From Planctomycetota bacterium (GTDB lineage Bacteria > Planctomycetota > UBA11346): a stretch of DNA of 39,868 nucleotides. Below the pieces are notes generated by a model. It was not told the origin of the DNA, did not search any database, and saw nothing but the letters and a program-made list of their open reading frames with translations. Below are positions 28,049 to 37,700 of this stretch, piece by piece. The first letter of the stretch is position 1, and every line of letters begins with the position of its first letter. The position numbers and the translations under genes were made by a program. The DNA lies in the NCBI GenBank assembly GCA_038231435.1, contig JBBRLJ010000046.1:1-39868 (forward strand), read 5' to 3'.

Positions 28049-28957
28049 ATGGACGCGATCATCAACCCGCACGTCGCCCTGGCCATCCTGGTTGCGATCG
28101 TCGTGTCGCTCCTGCTGAATCTCCTCGTGTCACGGTGGAGTTCGCTCCCCGCGCTCGCCGGTCCCGTGACGTTCCTCGCCTACGCCGCCGGACATGTCGC
28201 GCTCAAGGGCTGGCCGCTGCTGCCGCCGAAGAACGTCATGGAATGGCCGGTATACCTCGCGCTCGGAGGCGCGGTCGTGCTCGGTTTCGCATTCGTGATG
28301 CTCAAGCGCTCGCCCCATCCGTGGGCCACCGCGAGCGCCAACATGGTCGCCATGGGCATCCTGTTGGCCGTCCCCCCGTTCCTCATCCTACGCGGTCTCG
28401 CCGACTACCGGCACGGCGGCCTCTCGCTCGCGGTCGTGGTCTTCATGGTCGGGACCAGCCTCGCCGCCTGGTGGTGGGAGCGCGCCTGCGCGGCCTGGAG
28501 CCCGTTCGTCGGCCGACTGATCCTCACCGCCGTCACCGTGATGTCGGTGGGCGCGCTCCTGCTCGCCGGTTCGTTCGAGATCGCGCAGCGCGGCATGATC
28601 CTGTCCGCCGCAGCGGGCGCGCCGCTGGGAGTCGCGTGGTGGCGCGATCGCGGCACCGGCGCGGCCATGGCCGCGGCACACGGAAGCGCGTGGATCTGGC
28701 TGCTCGCCTACGCGCTGAGCTCGCTCGATCCCGCGCACGGCGATCCATCGCCACGGGCCGCCTTCGCGCCAGCGATGATCCTGCTCGCCCTCGCGCCGCT
28801 CGCCGCCCTCGCAGCGCGGCCACTGGCGGCGACGCGCCCACGCCTGGCGGCGACCGCCGCGGTGCTCGCGACGCTGCTGGTGGCGGGCGGAGCCGTGGCG
28901 TGGGTGTGGGTCCGCGGCCAACCAGCGGCGTACGCCGCGGATGCGTCGGAGTACTAG
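28049..28957 (+). CDS. Hypothetical polytopic membrane protein
   Basis: About 9-10 hydrophobic segments; AGGAG SD; no recognisable family motif. Confidence 0.75.
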   Translation: MDAIINPHVALAILVAIVVSLLLNLLVSRWSSLPALAGPVTFLAYAAGHVALKGWPLLPPKNVMEWPVYLALGGAVVLGFAFVMLKRSPHPWATASANMVAMGILLAVPPFLILRGLADYRHGGLSLAVVVFMVGTSLAAWWWERACAAWSPFVGRLILTAVTVMSVGALLLAGSFEIAQRGMILSAAAGAPLGVAWWRDRGTGAAMAAAHGSAWIWLLAYALSSLDPAHGDPSPRAAFAPAMILLALAPLAALAARPLAATRPRLAATAAVLATLLVAGGAVAWVWVRGQPAAYAADASEY

Positions 28958-29040
28958 CCGGGAGCGCGGTATTACCCGCTATTTCCGCGCGCTGCAGAGC
29001 TGGTCCTTGTCCCCCTCCCCCCCGGGATAAAACCCCTCGC

Positions 29041-29691
29041 ATGCACACCATGTGCCAGATCTGCGCCAAGCGTCCGGCGACGACGCACCTGACCGAGCTG
29101 GCGCCGGCTGGCGGCCGCCGCGAGCTGCACATCTGCGGCCAGTGCGTGCACGCCATGGGCCTGCATCTCGAATCCGGACCGCCCGCGATCGCCACCATCC
29201 TTGAGCAGCAAGGCGCCGACACCGCGATCCAGATCGACATCGACGTCACCACCGCGGCGGGCGGATCCGGCTCGGCCGCAGGCGCGGCGGCCGAGGAAGG
29301 CGCGGATCCGGTCTGCCCGGCCTGCGGCCTGACCATGTCCGAGTACGCGTCGAACAACATCTTCGGCTGCAGCAACGACTACCACGCCTTCGGCGAGAAG
29401 CTCGAGCACCTGCTCAAGCGCTACCACGGCGCAACTCGCCACGTCGGCCGCGGCCCGCTCCGGCCGGCCACCGCCGTCACCGCCGCGGTGGTGCCCGCGA
29501 AGGGAACCTCGCAGCGGCGCAAGCTCGAGAGCGCGCTGAAGGATGCGGTCGCGCGCGAACGCTACGAGGACGCCGCCGCGATCCGCGATCAGCTGCGCAC
29601 GCTCGAGGATCGTCACCGCGCCCAGCCGACCGCCCCCACTCCGGACACGTCAGGTGACAAGCCAACGGACGAGCCGGGCGGCGGTGCATGA
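29041..29691 (+). CDS. mcsA: McsA (protein arginine kinase activator, zinc finger + UVR domain)
   Basis: CQIC, CGQC, CPAC, GCSNDY, HG..RHVG, C-terminal AV.RERYEDAAAIRDQL; stop overlaps the mcsB start. Confidence 0.9.
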   Translation: MHTMCQICAKRPATTHLTELAPAGGRRELHICGQCVHAMGLHLESGPPAIATILEQQGADTAIQIDIDVTTAAGGSGSAAGAAAEEGADPVCPACGLTMSEYASNNIFGCSNDYHAFGEKLEHLLKRYHGATRHVGRGPLRPATAVTAAVVPAKGTSQRRKLESALKDAVARERYEDAAAIRDQLRTLEDRHRAQPTAPTPDTSGDKPTDEPGGGA

Positions 29692-30743
29692 CCACGGTCA
29701 CCGATCTGGTCGGACGGCACTGCAGCTGGCTCAACAGCCCCGGCGACCACGGCGGCATCGTGGTATCGAGCCGCATCCGCTTGGCGCGAAACCTCGCCGG
29801 AGTCGCGTTCCACCGCAAGCTGTCGAAACCGCGCCAACAGGAATTGATCGATCGGCTGATCGCCGCCATCGCCAAGGCCGCGCCCTGGCGCGAGTCGCTG
29901 GTGGCGCACGTGCAGCGCCTGAGCGACGCAGAACGCCTGGCGCTGGTCGAGCGGCAGCTGATCTCGCGCGACATCTCCTCGGGCAAGCGCCCAGCTGGCG
30001 TGTGCGTGAGCAACGACGAGATCTATTCGGTGATGCTCAACGAGGAGGACCACGTCCGCCTGCAGGTCATCCAGTCGGGGCTGTCGCTCAGCGCCAACCT
30101 CGATCTCGCCATCGCGCTCGACCAGGCGCTCGAGCGCGAGGTCGAGTGGTCGTACCACGACGTCTACGGCTACCTCACCGCCTGCCACACCAACGTCGGC
30201 ACCGGCATGCGCGCCTCGATCATGCTCCACCTGCCGGCGCTCACCGAGACCGGCGAGCTCAAGCAGGTGCTGCGCGCGTTGTCGAAGCTGCACATGACGG
30301 TGCGCGGCACCCATGGCGAAGGCAGCGAGGCGGCGGGCCACTATTACCAGGTGAGCAACCAGCGCTCGCTGGGGCTTGAGGAGCGCTCGATCGTCGACGC
30401 CATCACCGAGACCGCCGAGAAGATCGTCGCCGCCGAACAGATGGCGCGCCAGGCGCTGCTCGACAAGGGCCGCGTGCGCCTCGAGGACAAGGTCCACCGT
30501 GCGTGGGGCGTGCTCACCAACGCCCGCAGCCTCAACACCGAGGAGCTCACCGAGAACATCAGCTGGGTGCGCCTGGGCGTCGCGTTGCGCGTCCTGACCC
30601 AGCCGAAGTGGGCGATCCTCGACAAGATCTTCCTGCAGTGCCAGCCGGCCCACCTGCAGCTGCTGCACACCGATGCCGAGGATCCGCAGCGCAGGGATCC
30701 GCTTCGCGCGAACCTGGTGAGGGAGTGGCTGTCGACTAATTAG
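29688..30743 (+). CDS. mcsB: Protein arginine kinase McsB
   Basis: SSRIRLARNL, LVERQLIS, NEEDHVRLQ, GYLTAC.TNVGTGMRAS, VRG..GEGSE, QVSNQ, QPAHLQ. Confidence 0.95.
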   Translation: MTTVTDLVGRHCSWLNSPGDHGGIVVSSRIRLARNLAGVAFHRKLSKPRQQELIDRLIAAIAKAAPWRESLVAHVQRLSDAERLALVERQLISRDISSGKRPAGVCVSNDEIYSVMLNEEDHVRLQVIQSGLSLSANLDLAIALDQALEREVEWSYHDVYGYLTACHTNVGTGMRASIMLHLPALTETGELKQVLRALSKLHMTVRGTHGEGSEAAGHYYQVSNQRSLGLEERSIVDAITETAEKIVAAEQMARQALLDKGRVRLEDKVHRAWGVLTNARSLNTEELTENISWVRLGVALRVLTQPKWAILDKIFLQCQPAHLQLLHTDAEDPQRRDPLRANLVREWLSTN

Positions 30744-30779
30744 TCGGGGGCTCTGCCCCAAACCCCACGAAATTTGTCG
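30740..30779. repeat. Structured intergenic repeat, partial copy E (terminal part only)
   Basis: TTAGTCGGGGGC-TCT-GCCCC..CCCCACG..TTTGTCG matches the reverse complement of the 3' ends of copies A-C. Confidence 0.7.
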
Positions 30780-30863
30780 ATTACGGCGGCTGCCGCCTGG
30801 TGGGCGGACGTTACGCGTTCAGCTCATCGCTTCCCGCGTCGATGCAGATGGTGACCATCAGGC

Positions 30864-31559
30864 ATGTTCACCGCCTTCACCGACTCTGCGCGCAAGACCA
30901 TAACCCGTGCGATGCACGCATCGCAGCGCCTGCGCCACGACCACATAGGCTCCGAGCATCTGCTGCTGGGCCTGCTCGAAGAGCCGGACGATATGCTCGC
31001 AATGGCATTGACGAATCTGGCGCTGGACCGGACAGCAGCGCGCCGACAGATAGAGCTGCTGGCGGGGGTCGGAAAACACCATGAGCAGATGGCTCCCCTA
31101 CCGTTCACGCCACAAGCCAAAGCCGTCCTCGAACGCGCCATGGAAGCGTCTCGCTCTCTCGGACATCATTACATCGAGCATATGCACCTGCTGCTCGGGG
31201 TGATCGGCGACACCGACAGCATCGCGACTGAAGTCCTGACATCTCTAGGTGCCACGCCCGAGCGCGTGCGCTCCGAGATCCTCGAACTTGTCGGTCAGAC
31301 CGCTCAGCCCTCACATACAGAGAGGCCTGGTCTCGTGCTCAGCAGCCCTGGGGTCAGCGAAGCGCTCGTCACCCTCCAGGGCGTGGACAGACCGTTGCCA
31401 GCCACCATCGGCGCGGCTCTGGATGGAGCGTCGTCGGTGGAATTCGGGTTCGCGATCCCTCGTGCGGCGCTCGAACGGATGCTCGCGGTGACGCCGGAGG
31501 GTGGGTCTGCACAGGGACGCCTGACGATCACGAACATCGGAACCAATGGGGAGCGCTGA
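30864..31559 (+). CDS. Stand-alone Clp protease N-terminal (double Clp-repeat) domain protein with an unknown ~85-aa C-terminal region
   Basis: Residues 1-144 align without gaps to the ClpC N-domain downstream (about 70/144 identical by manual count); no Walker motifs. Confidence 0.85.
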   Translation: MFTAFTDSARKTITRAMHASQRLRHDHIGSEHLLLGLLEEPDDMLAMALTNLALDRTAARRQIELLAGVGKHHEQMAPLPFTPQAKAVLERAMEASRSLGHHYIEHMHLLLGVIGDTDSIATEVLTSLGATPERVRSEILELVGQTAQPSHTERPGLVLSSPGVSEALVTLQGVDRPLPATIGAALDGASSVEFGFAIPRAALERMLAVTPEGGSAQGRLTITNIGTNGER

Positions 31560-31576
31560 TGGAGGCCTAACAGAAG

Positions 31577-31592
31577 TGGCACCCCTTGTGCT
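31577..31592 (+). promoter_or_regulatory. Possible sigma54 (-24/-12) promoter upstream of clpC
   Basis: TGGCACCCCTTGTGCT: GG-N10-GC with a TGGCAC -24 element, but the -12 is GTGC rather than TTGC. Confidence 0.35.
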
Positions 31593-31755
31593 TTCTTCGA
31601 CAAACCGGGTCATCCTGGCTCGGGGAATCAGCTTGCAGGGGTGGCCCGCGAACCTGCAATCCGAGCGTGCGGGCCCAATGCGGCGGCCCGTACGTGCAAC
31701 CCTCGTCCGCGAGCGGCTTTCAAACTACGGCGCCGACGGTTTCATGGCCTGGTCA

Positions 31756-31784
31756 GTGACACCTCCCCCCGCGTCCGGTATACT
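31756..31784 (+). promoter_or_regulatory. Putative sigma70 promoter of clpC
   Basis: GTGACA-N17-TATACT. Confidence 0.6.
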
Positions 31785-31917
31785 CTCCTGGTTAGGGCAT
31801 GGTTCGACCTGTAGTTGGACAGAGCATCCCGACTCCGGTTTTCGGTCTTCCCGCATCCTCGGCCGCGCACATCCTCAGCACATCCCCTCGAGCCGCATAG
31901 GCAGGTAGCCAAGCACC

Positions 31918-34491
31918 ATGTTCGACAAGTTCACCGACCGCGCCCGCAAGATCATCGCCCTCGCCCAGAAGGAGGCCGAGCGGTTCCGCCACGACTACAT
32001 CGGCACCGAGCACCTGCTGCTCGGCCTGGTGAAAGAAGGCAGCGGCGTCGCGGTCACCGCGCTCAACAACCTGAGCGTCGATGTAGAGAAGGTTCGCCGC
32101 GAAGTCGAGAAGCTGGTCGTCACCAGCGACAAGTCCGCTCCGTCAGGCCCGCTGCCCTTCACCCCACAGGCGAAGCGCGTGCTCGAACTCGCCTCGGAAG
32201 AGGCCCGCGCCCTCGGCCATCCCTACATCGGCACCGAGCACATCCTGCTCGGCCTCCTGTCCGAGCAGGATTCGGTCGCCGCGCAGGTGCTGATCAACCT
32301 CGACCTCAAGCTCGACGACGTGCGCAACGAGATCCTCGACCTGCTCGGCGCCTCCGACGTCTCGAAGATGCCCGGCTCCGCGCCCGCCTCGTCCGAGAGC
32401 GGCAAGACCGCGGCCGAGAAGCCCACCAAATCCTCGAAGAAGTCCGAGGAGTCCGCGACGCCCGCGCTCGACGCCTTCGGCCGCGACCTCACCCAGGCCG
32501 CCGAGGCCGGCGAGCTGGATCCGGTGATCGGCCGCGCCAAGGAGATCGAACGCCTGTGGCAGATCCTCTGCCGCCGCACCAAGAACAACCCGGTGCTGCT
32601 CGGCGAGCCAGGCGTGGGCAAGACCGCGATCGTCGAGGGCCTGGCCCAGTCGATCGTCAAGCACGAGGTCCCCGACCTGCTCGCCAACAAGCGCATCATC
32701 TCGCTCGATCTCGCCTCGATGGTCGCCGGCACCAAGTACCGCGGCCAGTTCGAGGAGCGCATCAAGGCGGTGATGAAGGAAGTGAAGTCGGCGAAGAACA
32801 TCATCCTGTTCGTCGACGAGCTGCACACCCTGGTCGGCGCTGGCGGCGCAGAAGGCGCCATCGACGCCTCGAACGTGCTCAAGCCCGCGCTGTCGCGTGG
32901 CGAGATGCAGTGCATCGGCGCGACCACGCTCGATGAATACCGCAAATACATCGAGAAAGACGGCGCGCTCGAGCGCCGCTTCCAGTCGATCATCGTCAAT
33001 CCGCCGTCGACCGACGATGCGATCAAGATCCTGATCGGCCTGCGTGACAAGTACGAGGCCCACCACCGCGTGAAGATCACCGATGAGGCAGTGGCCGCCG
33101 CGGTGAAGCTCAGCGACCGCTACATCACCGGCCGCTTCCTGCCCGACAAGGCCATCGACGTCATCGACGAGGCCGGCGCCAAGCTGCGCCTGAAGGCCAC
33201 CTCCAAGGCTCCGGCCTACAAGGATCTCGAAGCCGAGATCAAGGAACTCGACAAGTCCAAGTCCGAGGCGGTGCTGAACCAGGACTATGAGAAGGCCGCC
33301 GAATTCCGCGACCGCGCCGAGAAGAAGAAGAAGGAGCTCGCCGATCTCAAGCGCAAGCACCTCGAACAATCGAAGGAGCTGTGCGGCACCGTCGACGAGC
33401 ACCTGGTCGGCGAGATCGTCGCCTCGATGACCGGCATCCCGCTGCAGCGCCTCGACCAGGGCGAGGCCGCGCGCCTGCTCGAGCTCGAATCGCATCTGCA
33501 CAAGAAGGTCATCAGCCAGGACGAGGCCATCAAGGCCATCGCCCGCGCCATCCGCCGCTCGCGCTCCGGACTCAAGGATCCCAAGCGCCCGGTCGGCGCG
33601 TTCATGCTCGTCGGCCCGACCGGCGTCGGCAAGACGCTGCTGTGCAAGGCGCTCGCCGAATTCATGTTCGGCGGCGAGGAAGCGCTCATCCAGATCGACA
33701 TGTCCGAATACGGCGAGAAGCACAATGCGTCCCGCCTGGTCGGCGCGCCCCCGGGGTATGTCGGCTACGAGGAAGGCGGCCAGCTCACCGAGAAGGTGCG
33801 CCGCCGTCCGTACTCGGTCGTGCTCTTCGACGAGATCGAGAAGGCCCACGGCGACGTCTTCAACATGCTGCTGCAGATCATGGAGGAAGGTCACCTCACC
33901 GACTCGTTCGGGCGCGTGGTCGACTTCCGCAACACCGTGATCATCATGACCTCGAACGTCGGCGCCGCCGCCGCGTCAGAGGCCGGCTCGCTCGGCTTCG
34001 ACACCGGCGCGATGTCCGAGAACTACGCGTACAAGGCCACCAAGAAGGCCTACCAGACCGCGCTCGAGGATCATTTCCGTCCGGAATTCCTCAACCGCCT
34101 CGACGACATCATCGTCTTCCGCCCGCTCGAGCGCGAGGACCTGCGCCAGGTCGTCAATCTCGAGTTCAACAAGATCACCAAGCGCGTGCAGGAGCAGGGC
34201 ATCCACCTCACGCTCATGCCAGCCGCGATCGACTTCCTGCTCAAGGAGGGCTACAACCCGCGCTTCGGCGCGCGCCCGATCCGGCGCACCATCGAGCACC
34301 ACATCGAGGACCACCTCTCCGAGGCGATCCTGCGCGGCGAGTTCACCGCCGGCACCGCCCTGGCGGTGGACGTGGAGATCGACGAGAAGGCGGGGAAGGA
34401 CTCCAAGGAGCACCTGGTGTTCCGCCGCGTCGAGAAGCGCGATGAGTCGAAGATGGTGCCGCCGGTGACGACGACGGATGAGAAGAAGTAG
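31918..34491 (+). CDS. clpC: ATP-dependent Clp protease ATP-binding subunit ClpC
   Basis: Double Clp-N repeat, [14 protein letters not shown], short UVR-type middle domain, [19 protein letters not shown] ClpP-docking loop; follows mcsA-mcsB. Confidence 0.96.
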   Translation: MFDKFTDRARKIIALAQKEAERFRHDYIGTEHLLLGLVKEGSGVAVTALNNLSVDVEKVRREVEKLVVTSDKSAPSGPLPFTPQAKRVLELASEEARALGHPYIGTEHILLGLLSEQDSVAAQVLINLDLKLDDVRNEILDLLGASDVSKMPGSAPASSESGKTAAEKPTKSSKKSEESATPALDAFGRDLTQAAEAGELDPVIGRAKEIERLWQILCRRTKNNPVLLGEPGVGKTAIVEGLAQSIVKHEVPDLLANKRIISLDLASMVAGTKYRGQFEERIKAVMKEVKSAKNIILFVDELHTLVGAGGAEGAIDASNVLKPALSRGEMQCIGATTLDEYRKYIEKDGALERRFQSIIVNPPSTDDAIKILIGLRDKYEAHHRVKITDEAVAAAVKLSDRYITGRFLPDKAIDVIDEAGAKLRLKATSKAPAYKDLEAEIKELDKSKSEAVLNQDYEKAAEFRDRAEKKKKELADLKRKHLEQSKELCGTVDEHLVGEIVASMTGIPLQRLDQGEAARLLELESHLHKKVISQDEAIKAIARAIRRSRSGLKDPKRPVGAFMLVGPTGVGKTLLCKALAEFMFGGEEALIQIDMSEYGEKHNASRLVGAPPGYVGYEEGGQLTEKVRRRPYSVVLFDEIEKAHGDVFNMLLQIMEEGHLTDSFGRVVDFRNTVIIMTSNVGAAAASEAGSLGFDTGAMSENYAYKATKKAYQTALEDHFRPEFLNRLDDIIVFRPLEREDLRQVVNLEFNKITKRVQEQGIHLTLMPAAIDFLLKEGYNPRFGARPIRRTIEHHIEDHLSEAILRGEFTAGTALAVDVEIDEKAGKDSKEHLVFRRVEKRDESKMVPPVTTTDEKK

Positions 34492-34712
34492 CCTGATATA
34501 CCGCCGGCGGTGATCAGACGTCTGAGGGCCCGACAGCGCAAGCTGCCGGGCTCGTTCGTTGGTATCCACGCGGAAAACGCCAGGACATCTCGGGGGCATA
34601 GCCCCACGAACGAGCAGCCTTCGCCATCCCGCGCGCGAAAGCTCCATTGGACTGCGGCGCGAATGGCGACACTGGTCGTTGCCGCCGCGGCAACCCGGAG
34701 CGACCGACTTCC

Positions 34713-37700
34713 ATGCATGATCACTTCCTGATGAACGAACGCTCGGTGCCGAACCTCAAGCTGATGCCCATGCTGATGCCCATGCTGATGTTGGCGGCGT
34801 GCCTGAGCGAACTCGCCGCGGCGGAGCCAGCCGCGCCGGCGACCGATCCGATCCGCTTCAACCGCGACATCCGTCCGATCATCGCCGAGTCGTGCTTCCA
34901 CTGCCACGGGCCCGATCCGGGTTCGCGCAAGGCGGGGCTGCGCTTCGATCGCGAGGAGAGTTTCTTCGCCGCGCGCGAGGGCGAGGAGCCGACGGTGATT
35001 CGCGGCAAGCCCGAGGCGAGCCCGCTGTACCGACGCATCACCTCGGACGATCCCGACGAGATCATGCCGCCGACCAAGGCGCACAAGCCGCTCAAGCCCG
35101 AGGAGCGCGAGAGCATCCGCCGCTGGATCGCCGAGGGCGCGCACTGGGAACCGCACTGGTCGCTCATCCCACCCGAGCGCCCGGCGCTGCCCAAGGTCGC
35201 GGACAGCGCGTGGGCGAAGACGCCGATCGACCGCTTCGTGCTCGCGAAGCTCGAGGCCGCCGGGCTCGCGCCCGCTCCCGAGGCCGATCGTCGCGCGCTC
35301 GCGCGGCGCGTGTCGCTCGACCTGACCGGCCTGCCGCCCGAGCCCGCTGCCGTCGACGCCTTCGTCGCTGATCGTTTGCCGGGAGCCTATGAAAAGCTGG
35401 TCGACGCATTGCTCGCCTCGCCGCGGTACGGCGAGCATCGCGCGCGCTACTGGCTCGACGCCGCGCGCTACGCCGACACCCACGGCCTGCACTTCGACAA
35501 CTACCGCGAGATGTGGGCATACCGCGACTGGGTGATCGCCGCCTTCAACGCCGACATGCCGTTCGACCGCTTCACCATCGAGCAGATCGCCGGCGACCTG
35601 CTGCCAAACCCGACGCGCGAGAACCGCATCGCCACCGGCTTCCACCGCTGCGGCATGACCACCAACGAGGGCGGGACGATCGAGGCCGAGAACCTCGCGA
35701 TCTACGCCCGTGAACGCGTCGAGACCACGTCGTGGGTATGGCTCGGCCTCACCGCCAACTGCGCGGTATGCCACGACCACAAGTTCGATCCCATCCCGAC
35801 CAAGGATTTCTACGCCTTCAGCGCCTTCTTCCGCAATACCGTGCAGGGCGCGCTCGACGGCAACGTCAAGAACACCGCGCCGGTGGTCGCCCTCCCGGCG
35901 AATCCCGAGGACGAACTGCGGATGTCCACGGTGGAACTGGATATCGCCAAGGCCAATACCGACTTGGCCGAGCGCAAAAAGGCGCTGTCCGTGGATCTCG
36001 ACGCGTGGGTCGCGAGCCTGACCATCGAGAGCTGGTCGGCGCCGATCGCCGCCATTGGCGCGCCGGCCTTGCACCTGCCCCTCGATGCCGCGACCCCAGA
36101 CGGCTCGATCGCGGGCGAAGCGCGCGGCGCTGCGGTGGTGGCGCACGCCACTACTCCGGTCACTGCGTGGGAGGACGGGATCGTCGGCAAGGCGGCGGTG
36201 CTGCACAGCGCCGACGACATCGTGGTCGATGGCGTCGCCGATCTCGGCAAGGACCAGGCGTATTCGTTCGGCTGCTGGGTGAAGATCCCCAAGGACGGCA
36301 GCGGCTACGGCTCCATCTTCTCGCGCATGGACGAAGGCGACGACCACAAGGGCTGGGACCTGTGGATGCAGGGCGACCAGTTCTGCACCCATCTCATCCA
36401 CCACTGGCCAGATGACGCGCTGAAGGTCAGCTCGCGCGGAGGACTCAAGCGCGATACCTGGCAGCACGTGTTCGTGACCTACGATGGATCGGGCAAGTCG
36501 ACGGGCATGAGCATCTTCATCGACGGCGTGCGCAGCGGCACCACCGCCGATACCGAAACGCTGAAGACCCATTCGCTCACCGGCGCGCCGTTCAAGCTGG
36601 CCCGGCGCAAGAATGGCGAGGGGCAGACCGCGATCCTGCTCCAGGACCTGCGCCTGTACACCTGTCGCCTCGAGGACGACGTCGTGCGGCGGCTCGCCTC
36701 GTCAGCGCGCCTCGGCGTGCTGCTCGCCAAGCCTGTGGCCGAGCGCACCCAGCCCGAGCGCGACGAACTGCTGACCATGCGCTGCGCTGACGACGAGGCG
36801 ATGCGCGCCGCAAGCGCGCGCCTGGCTGCTCTTGAAAGCGAACGCGCTGCGCTGACCGCGCGCAGCCCGGTGACCCATGTGATGGAGGAGCGCAAGGACA
36901 CCTCGCCGGTAGCCTTCGTGCTCACCCGCGGGCAATACGATCAACCAGGAGAAAAGGTCGATGCCGGGGTGTTCACCGCGCTGCACGCCATGCCCAAGGA
37001 TGCGCCCCACAACCGCATGGGCCTGGCGCTGTGGCTGGTCGCGCCCGAAAACCCGCTGACCGCGCGCGTCACCGTGAACCGCTTCTGGCAGGAGCTCTTC
37101 GGCACCGGCCTGGTGAAAACCTCAGAGGATTTCGGCATCATGGGCGATCCGCCCTCGCATCCTGAACTCCTCGACCATCTGGCCGTCGAGTTCCGCGCTG
37201 GCGGCTGGAAGATCAAACCGCTGATCCGCTCGATGGTGCTGTCAGCGACGTACCGCCAGGCCGCCGTGGCGACCCCCGAGAAGATCGAGAAGGATCCGGC
37301 GAACCGCCTGCTGTCGCGCGGGCCGCGTTTCCGCATGGATGCCGAGATGGTGCGCGACTTCGCGCTGTGCGCCGCCGGCGCGCTCTCGCCGATGATCGGC
37401 GGGCCGAGCGTGAAGCCGTACCAGCCCGAGGGCGTGTGGGAGTCGATCGGCATGCAGGAATCCGACACCCACCACTACAAGCAAGATGCCGGCGAGGCTC
37501 TGTACCGCCGCAGCATGTACACCTTCTGGAAGCGCCAGGCCCCGCCCGCCTCGCTTGAGGTGCTCAACGCGCCGAGCCGCGAGGTCTCGTGCCTGCGGCG
37601 CGAGCGCACCGATACGCCGCTGCAGGCGCTGGTCACGCTGAATGACGAGCAGTTCATCGAAGCCGCGCGGCTGCTCGCCGCGCGCGTGCTGGCCGCGGGC

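Noticed and set aside
28135..29040. Long N-terminal extension of McsA
   Set aside because: Out-of-frame overlap with the membrane protein gene; McsA homology begins at MHTMCQIC.
31546..31908. 120-aa ORF between the Clp-N gene and clpC
   Set aside because: No SD, no motifs, and it overlaps the predicted clpC promoters.
34761..34790. 12-bp duplication encoding LMPMLMPMLM in the PSD1 signal peptide
   Set aside because: In-frame slippage within a tolerant signal sequence; no sign of phase variation.
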